A stretch of DNA of 64,000 bases, taken from assembly GCA_002633005.1 (NCBI GenBank), contig NMRA01000457.1, forward strand, positions 100,145 through 164,144, in the 5' to 3' direction. Made by a program: the position numbers and the translations under genes. Each line of letters opens with the position of its first letter. The first letter of the stretch is position 1. Below, in pieces: positions 54,674 to 64,000 of the stretch. The notes under the pieces were generated by a model that saw only the letters and a list, made by a program, of their open reading frames with translations, searched no databases and had not been told where the DNA came from. Origin of the DNA: Phoronis australis. Lineage: Eukaryota > Animalia > Phoronida.

Positions 54674-56391
54674 TGGGCACACACAGCCCGATACCGATAA
54701 ATGCTTGCTATTATCTTTATCATAAGAAGGAAAAACAAAGTGAACAATGCATACGCCTATCTATCGATATCTATGCGACGACATGACGATCTAGCAGAAC
54801 CCTACCCTCTGACACAGCGCCTCCTGATGAACGACACACGGAATTCCGTGTGTGTGTATCAATGCTCGTGCTTGGTCGAAAGTTCATCGATCATATCGCC
54901 ACCACTTGCACACGCCTTCAATGCATTGTAATTGTTTGGGCTTAGCCACGGGATCGGGTTTTCCTTGATTCTGTTTACTTCGATCACTGCCCATTTTTAA
55001 ATTGTAACAATTCAAGTCAGAGGTGGTCGACATACTACGTAACAGTAGACTGAAAGGGGTTTCCCAGATTTCAAGCAATAGGAATGACTGAATGTCTTTA
55101 CTTTAACTAATGAGAAGCTGTGATAAACGACATAATAAACAACATGCTACAGTGCTACCTTTCGTAGCACTGTGGAAGAGTGTAGTAGGACGCATCTCAT
55201 TCTTATTCTGTAGAACGTGAGTTGGAATACTTACATGACCAAACAATGATAACTGATATCGTTCTTTTCTTTCCCATCTCCTAACCTTTGTTTCTTAACC
55301 TAGTTCGATTATACAATGCGTTTTTCTACCTGCATGAAAGAAGAGAACTGAATTCGAGATGCCACTGTTGAGTCGTGCAATGATGTTCGTGACGTATTTT
55401 TGAGACCTGCTGTATACTAATGCATATCCATCTTTATAGATTTGGCATGCTGGTGTCGTGTTCTCATTATCGTCGTTTCCAATCAATACCTGGTCAGCGG
55501 AGGTATGTTGCTGCTCAATTTCCGCCTCAACCAAAACCTTGCACAAAGTCTATTGAAACTGATTCCAAAGTAATTTTTCCATCCTTTACGACTACCGGTA
55601 GTGCAGTGAGCTACCAACTGAGGGGGGTTTCGACCACCCAGATTTTTACATATCCAAAATTCCTGATGGCGTCCCGAATTCCCTGCTAAATTTCAATTTC
55701 CCGTGCCTGCGTACAGTTTATCTAGTTCAGGAAAGCAATAACATATTAGCCTAAAATGATTTTGCTCAATCAAAACATACCATTGCAACCAATTATTATC
55801 AGAAAAAGAATGCCGATTGTGTAGAAAGCCTACTTGTGAGAGTAATCCACCGTGGCTGAGACAATGGTGGTATGATTTTAGCTTTGTTGTCCTAAGACCG
55901 GAAGTGATGTGATATCGGTGCCTCGTACCATTTTCACAGAAATGGTGCATCAGGAGACTGCTCGTTATTTTCAGTTGACTATCCACCGTTGGTCGTGGAA
56001 CATCCTGAATCGAAAATCATCGTTCAAAGCCTGGAAAAACAACACAATTCCACTACCAATCATACAATACGCTGCAGGGGCATTGGAACGGCGCCTATGA
56101 GGTAACAAATCACAACATAGCTTACAACTGAGGCTGTAAACTTGAACAAACCGGTTTGATATCTTATGAAAAGTCATTTACTCGACCACTGATCGTTGGT
56201 TTTACTTTTCCAAGCGCCACCTCCAGGAGAGTGGCTCTTTGCAAGGACGATGTTTTAGCACGCAGAATTCCGTGTGTGGCTATCGGTGCCCTTGCCTACG
56301 GCATGAATGCTTTTCGTAAGTAAGTGATCCCATAGTCGGTGCTCCACCTCTACAGGATGGTGATCGACACGCAGAAATCCGTGTGTGAGCC
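54674..56391. mobile_element. Possible Harbinger-like non-autonomous element with cacacggaattccgtgtgtg subterminal palindromes
   Basis: The motif recurs at about 54836, 56260 and 56368. Ends gggcacacacag / cgtgtgtgagcct are loosely inverted. Confidence 0.35.
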
Positions 56392-57224
56392 TACATTTAC
56401 GTATGCCTCTGCTTCCCCATTTGTAGTAAGCACACATTCGGAATGAGTCAAAAAGTATTCCGAGTCGTTTTAATCGTGTGTGTCGCGAAACACGAATAAG
56501 TGTGGTTTGCACCTCTACAGTCTGTTCATGTTGTTGAAGCCGTAGTGGCTGCCCTAACAATGACACTTTTTCAAAGGATTTCAGTTCATGATTGCATCGA
56601 ACACCCTGTTCCTAACATTTCATTATCTCTTATTGAAAGCGTTACGTTAAGCTTAGATATTTATATTTTGTTGACCATTTGATGAAATCATGCTGCTCGA
56701 TTCCACGCCTTTTAAATACCACACGGTTACAGTGGAGCCGTGAAAACACGATTATCGTTTAGATAAAAAGTCACCAATGACAAAAAGTGCTGTCAAGATT
56801 AATTGGGTCCGTTTCTCTATGAACGGTGAATTTTTTTACAACTTTATGCATTCGTCGCATTGGTCTTTCTCGTGATCGTGTGGCCGCAGCTGTTGACCGA
56901 TGAGTGTCCCTTTCACCACCGATTAAACATTCACCTTCTCACACCCAATATTTCCATTTATTCTGGGAAATATTCGTCCACCTTTGACCAATTAGAAACC
57001 ATTTGTTATATCCATATGCAACAACTGCTGTCTCTCCGTTGGCGTGGTTTAAACACGACTTTCGTCTACAGCCAGCATATACATATACTATCACCGTACT
57101 AAGTTAGCGCCCTAAGGCAACATGTAACAGATTGTTGCTTGGCCAAATTAGTTACAACACGCATGCAAAGCAACGATATGAATATGAATTAGGTTGAAAA
57201 TGGTCAAATGTTTTTAAGAATTAG

Positions 57225-57333
57225 TTGTGTGGCGAAAATGATCCGCCGCAAATCACTGAACCGTGTCCAGCAAGTATCGTGACGTGGTGCTGCGGAATAA
57301 CGCTGCATGATGCGAGCTATGTGAGACGGCCAG
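57225..57333 (+). CDS. Candidate first half of Ig1 of the L1/neuroglian-like gene (out of phase with the next exon)
   Basis: DPPQITEPCPASIV..ITLH resembles an Ig A-strand PPxIT start, and the donor CAG|GTACGT is good. It ends in phase 1 while the next exon needs phase 2. Confidence 0.45.
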
Positions 57334-58415
57334 GTACGTCATTTGTGCTCAGGTCACTTATTTGCAGATTTTTTTTGTTTTCACATTTACACCTGTACAA
57401 ATTGTCCGTTGAATACAACTGCACTTTGTTTAGCGTAGATTATGTTAAAATAGCTTTGCCGTTCAGTTCCTGCTATACACCTTTAAGGTTTGCCAAGTAA
57501 CTGCGAGCGCATCACAGTCGAGAAAAAATTTAAAGAAATTATCTTAGTTACTAGCAGTTTTTTATTATAACTTATCAGAGACTTGGCAATTTTGCTAAAG
57601 TGAGATTTAATTATTTTCAAGAAATAAGTTTCAAGACACTTTTTTAAAAGAGGCCCCTATGTGACAAGCATTGTCGCAACCAACACAATACACACCGAGT
57701 GCGACAATATATGCCATCTTGTGTAACACCTACTCTCACTAGGACAAATTTTTTTTTGTCTTTGTTAAGGGCACATTTTGTCACGCTCGGCACATATTGT
57801 CTCCCGGGCGACAATGTGTCAAGTGCAAAAAATGTCCTCTCAAAGAAACAGCAATGAGTGTATGTCTGCTCATACACGACTCAGTCTTAGCCAACCCAAC
57901 TTCGATTATAGAACCACTCATGTGTATTCCTCCTGTTGTTGTTCATACTTTTCGAGGATATACTCCTGAAGTCGTGCATGTGCGTGTGTTTGAATTGCGC
58001 TTCTTTGCTCCTTTTCTTGTCGTTGTCTCTGTTAGCGTAGCAGTTGACAATAGATGGGGCGAGGGAGAGCGAAGTTTAGGTCCAGTAATCACAATTCTGC
58101 AAACCCCTATTTCAATAGCCGGCTACGGGCAGACATGCGTTTCGTTGTTGCGGACTTAACTCGTTGGCAGTCACGGTAAGTCCAAAAATAAGGTGTCTAT
58201 TTGAAATGAAAACCAACTAAATTTTTCAACGAAACTGCTTGTGAATTTCTAAATGTAAGGAAGACCCAAAGACTTAAGGAGTCCCTAAAAAGTTAAAGAC
58301 CTTTTTCTTGCCTTAATTACTCGAACAAGGACTTTCAGCAACGCGCATTGTACTTTGTGACGACAAAGGTAGCTTTGGCACACGTGTTTTTAAATTTGTT
58401 TTGTTTCTTTTACAG

Positions 58416-58615
58416 ATACACGTGGAGAAAGCTGCACACAAATGGTACAATCGATATAAGGTTTGACGAAGTTCACGGTCAGAATTTCGACATTCCTGCT
58501 CCAGATTATCTTAAACTCGTCAGCGGGACTGTCGCTCATCGCACCTATTATCGGTGTTACGCATACAACTCTTATGGACAGGATATGTCCTCATCAGCCA
58601 AGGTCGATTTTTATT
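58416..58615 (+). CDS. L1CAM/neuroglian-like Ig protein exon (Ig1 second half)
   Basis: YTWRK...YYRCYAYNSYGQDMSSSAKVDF; acceptor tttcttttacAG, donor T|GTAAGG; phase 2-1. Confidence 0.88.
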
Positions 58616-58956
58616 GTAAGGGCTACTACGTCGTCAAAATGAGTGGCATCCTCTCAAAACTATAATAAAGCCATTTTTGATAGAAGCAACATTAAATTTA
58701 AAAAAAATGAGTTTCGTCTTCTCCAACTAGGCCCCTCTTTCATCCCTGAATTAGAAACTGAGCCAAGTAAAAATACTTCTCGCTTGCTCTTACAACGGCA
58801 GATTTGAATGTCTGTAGAAATGAACGCAGCGAGTGAAGTTTTATTAGTTCGATTAAATTCGTGAACTTTAAAATACCCTTCATAAAATTCTCGCTGGTCT
58901 TACATCGATTATTACCTTCGAATACAATAAAAGTGATATTAAATACATATTTGTAG

Positions 58957-59184
58957 ACTTTAAGCGCAAAGCCCAAGCCGTCTCCGCTTCTAAGACTGTG
59001 GTTAAAGACTACTTCTTGAATCAACCTCTTCAACTTGAATGTGCTGCAGATGTAGAGAGCAATCCTTGGCCAGTCTATTTTTGGAGACGGTCTAGTAAAC
59101 TCACGCACAATGGAGAACTTATTCAAGAATACGATATTGACGAGCTTACTGAATCTAATCGAATTTCCATCAAACCAGATAACG
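58957..59184 (+). CDS. Ig protein exon (Ig2 first half), GC donor
   Basis: NQPLQLECAADVESNPWPVYFW...SNRISIKPDN; 228 nt, phase 1-1; donor G|GCAAGT. Confidence 0.87.
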
Positions 59185-59678
59185 GCAAGTAAAGTGTGAT
59201 GCTGGCGCATGGTCTTCACTCCACTTTGTTAGTATTCTGATCGAAAACTCGTCATCATCTCCCACAGGATAACGTCACTTAGATGGACAGTTGGCAACGA
59301 CATTTGATGTTGCTGGCAACAATTTTGGGTATAAAGCTATAAAAGCAGGACTGGCAATTAAATTCACATTGCTTCTGTTCATTTACCAAATCGTATTTAA
59401 AATTTGGGTCTTTGAATTTGCTATTTCATTGAAAATTAAAAATATAAAACAAAGCAAAGATAATTACTATCATTATTATTTTTGGACATGCTTCCGAGAT
59501 AAATAAGCAAAGAAACGACCATAACTGCACAGTTGTAGTGTTGATGTTTAATTCAACGTTACCGAGTTCTTTTACTCATGTTATTTGTAGTTCTTTTCTT
59601 TTCTTCTTAAGTATAATTTCTTCTTATATTGACACGTCCACTTACGAAGGAATGTTATAAGTGGATACATTTTTTCAG

Positions 59679-59837
59679 GAACCCTTGTATTTGCTTATCT
59701 AACCAAGGATGACGACTCCAACGAAGCGTTTGGAGCCACGTATTACTCCTGCTTTGTGATGAACCCATTTATAGGGAAAAAACAAACCGTATCTGGGACT
59801 TCATATGTCCTCCGTCGGCTATCCCGAATGTCACCAG
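59679..59837 (+). CDS. Ig protein exon (Ig2 second half)
   Basis: GTLVFAYLTKDDDS...YYSCFVMNP; acceptor tttttcAG, donor CAG|GTAAGC; 159 nt. The RIS...GTLxFA..T.DD pattern is typical of L1/contactin Ig2. Confidence 0.88.
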
Positions 59838-60286
59838 GTAAGCAACGCTCTTAGCGTCCTCGTCACTGTAGCTCTACACCAGTTTCTACTGAGCTCGAAA
59901 GGTCACGACCATTGATCATGCTCAATTTGGGTCACATCTCGAAAAGTGAAGCGCAAAATAATCCACAGTAAAGGCACTATTTAGAAACAGCGTAAATTTT
60001 CATCAGTGCATAATCAATACATAAATTTTCAGATCGGGACATAACTCTTACCAAGGACCGCACCCTTGTCACAGAACAAGAACTCCAACCCCACTTAGGC
60101 ACTCTCATCGCCTCCAGAAGCAGGTGTATAATATTCATTGACGTCACATTATCGGTGAAAAACTCTGGGTCCATTTCAATTGTTGCTCACAAAACACTAC
60201 TACCAATTGTGCGTCATTTCAATAGCATGAGAACAGAAATTCGGGCACTTTGTTTGAGGCCACTAATTCGAAAATTCTTCATACAG

Positions 60287-60386
60287 GTGGAAATCGCCCT
60301 CTGGAGCGAAGGATGTTGTACGTCTCCGCATCACAAACAGTCTCTGCAGGAGCAAAACTTGTGCTCAAGTGTATTTTTACTGGATG
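60287..60386 (+). CDS. Ig protein exon (Ig3 first half)
   Basis: GNRPLERRMLYVSASQTVSAGAKLVLKCIFTG(W); acceptor atacAG, donor TG|GTAAGA; phase 1-2. Similar to neuroglian Ig3. Confidence 0.87.
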
Positions 60387-60629
60387 GTAAGATTTTCGCG
60401 TGTTGATCCTCAATTGTTCTAGTCACAGTGGATATTTCCTTGATGAATACATCGCATGCTTATTTTGTTATACTCATTTTGGTGCCATGGCAAACGTCCA
60501 GTTTAGGAATTGTGGGTAAAACTGGAACATCCTGCGACCATTTTCATCTATTTCTCCATTGTTTTTCGACCCTGTTGTTTTATCAACACGTTGTAGTATA
60601 TAAGATGGTCATTTACTTAGAGACGTGGT

Positions 60630-61440
60630 AGGTTGTTTGCAGACGTTTCGACCTGGTCCGTTAGGTATTTGTCGTTGAATGAGGGATTTCCCGCCTTTCG
60701 CTCGAGTACACGGGGGTAAGTGGAGTACTCGGTCCCGGTTCAAGACGGGGCGCTGACTGGTGATGTTTATGGCCTCTTTGAGCTTACGAGTATGCCAATT
60801 TTGTTCCTTGGCTAGGATCGTGGATGACGCAAGAGAGATGGAATGCCCAGTCGCCAAAATATGTTTCCCCACAGCTGTTGGTTTGTCTAGTTTCAGATGT
60901 TCTTTTAATCTGGTAAGGAACGGTCTCTTGGTTGTTCCAATGTAGGTGTGGTTGGGATCCTGGTCACATTTCAGCTGGTAATTGACCCCACATTGTTTAG
61001 CCAACGGGGTTGGGTCTCTGGGTCTGACTAGTAGGGAACGGAGGGTGTTGATAGGTTCCATGTAAGAGGAAATTCCGTGGGTTCTGTAGGTGTGTTGTAT
61101 GCGTTCAGATATTCCTCTTATATATGGGATGGCAAAGGAGGGACCATCGAGTTTTTCAGTAGATTTACGACTAGGGGGTCAGTGAACATCCATTCCTGGT
61201 ATCTATTAGCTCGCAATGCATCTTCAACGTGGTCCATCTCTTCGACATAGTCACGATAGTCAGTGATATAACGATCAGCTCTATCCAGGAGGGTATGGGC
61301 GACAGAATGTTTGTACTTTAAGGGGTAGTTGGAAGAAAATTGGAGGTATTGGTCCGTATGTGTCGGTTTCGATAACCAAACGCGCAAGAAACGAGACTTA
61401 CGGAAAGTATTGGTGGAGAATTTGGTAGGGTCAGGGTCCT
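60630..61440 (-). mobile_element. Penelope-like element 3' part (RT thumb plus GIY-YIG endonuclease), intronic
   Basis: KPTHTDQYLQFSSNYPLKYKHSV..LLDRA and GVNYQLKC..TYIGTTKRPFLTRLKEH..RKLKEAINI..LNRD. Confidence 0.92.
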
Positions 61441-61714
61441 CTTCCACATATCCGCACACACAAAAATAAAACGGCGGCGGCATCATATTATAATGGTAAC
61501 TCGAACATGTTGCCTTCAAAAGAGTGGTTTCACCCTCAGATCTACCAGTTGCACTCCTGGTGTTAAAGCACTGTGCAAAATTGTATACGGAATAACTCCT
61601 AGACAACGACTTTGAACATTTTCCGAAGAATGGAGTGCAATCCTCTGTGCAAGTAGCAAACTAGACTCTATTGAACATTCGCTTCATATGGTGTTTTCGC
61701 AAAATGTTAACCAG

Positions 61715-62738
61715 CATAGGCGGATTTAGGGGGGGCCCAGGGGGCCCGCCCCCCCCCCCTCCTTGGCTGCCGGAAAAGAAAATAAAACAGTAAGAGCGTA
61801 GGGAAATGGTGAGTATATTAATAAACCCCGGTAATTAGTACGGATGAAAAGAAGATTTAAATGTGTGCAGCTTTAGTGTTTGGGGGGGGCTCAAACCCAA
61901 TTTCAAGTGTCAGTCAAATTCGGAACACGGCGCATTCGTAACGGAGCTATGACTAAGTATAGGCTCTCCCGCGATATCCCAGGCGACGGCAGTGGCGCTG
62001 CGCACTACGACTCCGTTTTCGTCGTCGGCTCCACTGTGCAATGAAGAAAATTTACTTCATTTTTTAAAGAGAATGGAACCTGAGTGACGATGAAAAAACA
62101 GAAGCTGCTGGTAAGATGTGAATTTAAATCGAAGCCTTAGTGGATCACTCAGAAACTCGCAATACTCTCTTTTTCAAACCTTATCTTAAGACGATTTCCA
62201 AAGCAATCCCGTCATTATTGCCAACACGAAAAACGGATTTGGTCTTTTGGGCATTTGAAGACTATTTTAAATACGACAAATTTGTTAACAATTGATGGCA
62301 CAAAATATAAAACGTGTAATAAGCATTACGAAAAGAAGTAGGTTTCGCGCGCAAACGCTGTGGACCATAAACAAGTAGGTCTTTTAGTATGAGATTTGTA
62401 GTTAATCGTGGTGGTGTAGTGGTAACGCACGCGCTCCCTATCTGCCAGGTCGTGAGTTCGAATCTTTGGTACATTCAGTTTTTCTGTTTGACACGTTCTC
62501 CGCGTTTTGTTTTTTTTTTCCTTTCTTTCTTGGATAATACTTCAGGAATCAAGGAAAATGCTTGATTTTTAGAGGTAAAAACAGAAAAATTTCCTGAGCG
62601 GGAGGGGGGCAAATCCCCCCTCCCGACCTCCCCCAAGTCGGTGCTATGCGCATCTACAATCGTGGTTCAGTTTGCACAAATGCTTACAGCCGGACAAAAT
62701 GTTGGTCCCCCCCTTGTGATATCCTAGATCCGCCACTG
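61715..62738. mobile_element. Non-autonomous hAT-like element with 5-bp TSD ACCAG
   Basis: Ends CATAGGCGGATTTAGG / CCTAGATCCGCCACTG; ACCAG at 61710-61714 and 62739-62743. Confidence 0.75.
62408..62465 (+). repeat. tRNA-derived Pol III promoter-like segment (SINE head)
   Basis: A box TGGTGTAGTGG (62412-62422) and B box GAGTTCGAATC (62454-62464). No proper acceptor stem. Confidence 0.6.
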
Positions 62739-62763
62739 ACCAGCTTCGATTGCCATTTTGAAG

Positions 62764-62957
62764 GCCGACGACAAAAGTCACGTGGACAACTAATGCTTCT
62801 ATAAACGCCATCAATAATACAAATCCAAGCCGATCTCACGTGCAAATAATTTCTGAGATCACGCGAGATCATGCGGGATGGTACAAGTGTAAAGGGACAC
62901 ATCCATTCAACAACAGTGTCGTCGTTGGAGCATATGTAATGCAGGTACTTGTTTTAG
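62764..62957 (+). CDS. Ig protein exon (Ig3 second half)
   Basis: PTTKVTWTT...IISEITRDHAGWYKCKG...MQVLVL; donor TAG|GTAAGA; phase 2-1, joining to give CIFTGWPTTKVTW. Confidence 0.88.
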
Positions 62958-64000
62958 GTAAGAGACGAGCTCCAAAACAAGTGAGTGTTGTTTTCTTCCC
63001 CATAACATTTAGAGTTTGCAAAGAGGATGACCGCCTCAAACTACACTTGAAATAGCAGACTGTAACTTCATTTCCAAAAGTCATTGCTCTATTCACAATA
63101 ACCTCTAGCCCGTGTACTTGGGCACGATGCTTCCGTTGGATAATTCACCGACCAAAACGTCGTGCCAATTTAGGCTAGAAGTTGGTATACATAGTATCAA
63201 CAGATATGAGAAGACAAAATATTAATGCCCACGGACAGGTGCCCGTATACACGTACATACAACGTTTTGCCCAACTTTGGCAACCTTAGTGATACAACAA
63301 GTAGATGGCTAATATCGAACTATGATCTTCCAAACAAATTTCAACTCAAAGCCACAGGTGTAGCATTAATGACGTGCCGGAAACATTCTCCATGAGTCAG
63401 CTGTAACTATGTGAAGGTTGAATGTTTAAGAATCGTGCAGCGTTCCTTTTGTTTCTATCTCTGACCCTCAGACAGAATGTCCCCACTTTTTTCGAAGAAA
63501 TGTGGCAACTTCCTTATCTCCCATTATATCTCGAACAGTTACAGAAGCCGGGTACCGGTACCGGTATCTGGCGTGAATATATAAACATCTAGAGAAACGA
63601 TGTGTCAACGAGAATGAGTACCAAGTTAAAAGTTAGACACTGTTAATTTTTTTTACACACTGAACTTATACAAATGACTTCTACACGGTAGTACAGTACG
63701 GTGACGGTTCATTGTGGACAGTTATGTCTATGTCTTCGTTCTTATCAAAATTCATTGCTGTAACTCATTTCAAACTGAATTATATTAGAGCCTGGTTTTT
63801 TTAAACAATGCTTAAAAATATTGCTTTCAAAACCATTCCAATAGAACAATGGCTCCTTTAATTGGGCTGGATATCGGAATCCCAGCCAAGGTAAGGATTG
63901 TTCCCATTTCATTAATAAGACCGGCTGTTAGTAACGGGCTTGTTTTCACAGGAGGTTTGGCCGATGTGTGCTTCGTCTTCCAAGGAATAACTTACAAATA

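Noticed and set aside
55150-55174. 10-bp hairpin as a Helitron 3' end or rho-independent terminator
   Set aside because: No CTRR terminus or U-tract, and the context is eukaryotic.
57305-57312. In-frame TGA as selenocysteine in the alternative frame
   Set aside because: That frame also has another TGA upstream, there is no SECIS evidence, and an indel explains it more simply.
58740-59219. 159-aa minus-strand ORF
   Set aside because: Antisense shadow of an Ig exon.
62408-62480. Functional tRNA gene
   Set aside because: A and B boxes are present but there is no acceptor stem, and it is embedded in a MITE.
61715-62738. Transib/RAG-like element because of the 5-bp TSD
   Set aside because: The termini are CATAGG/CAGTGG, not CAC-heptamer-like, and match the hAT-type MITE ends elsewhere in the window.
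63476-63557. Candidate exon ECPHFFRRNV... after Ig3
   Set aside because: The acceptor is plausible, but the donors are weak and their phase does not link to the downstream candidates; no domain similarity.

Overview
Eukaryotic, AT-rich, intron- and transposon-dense animal DNA, most consistent with an invertebrate (inference from gene types and repeat families). No prokaryotic operon, rRNA, functional tRNA or CRISPR array is seen, and almost all supplied ORFs are spurious or transposon debris. Two spliced host genes lie on the + strand. (1) The catalytic part of a guanylyl cyclase, possibly NIT-GC-like, with exons at 1-273, 5093-5187 and 10955-11053; one internal exon and the last exons could not be found. 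(2) An L1CAM/neuroglian-like Ig-domain gene with five in-phase exons from 58416 to 62957, including a GC-AG intron, plus an out-of-phase candidate upstream exon. Between them are a full-length degenerate AcademX DNA transposon (13204-19143, TIRs and TAA TSD), a DIRS tyrosine-recombinase retroelement remnant with its ICR/terminal repeat and two precisely excisable nested insertions, and fragments of Gypsy, BEL/Pao, LOA-like LINE, Penelope, hAT and Kolobok elements. Many MITEs, palindromes and tRNA-derived repeats are also present. I found no convincing novel biological system; the best leads are listed as findings. All family assignments come from motif recognition by eye, not database searches.
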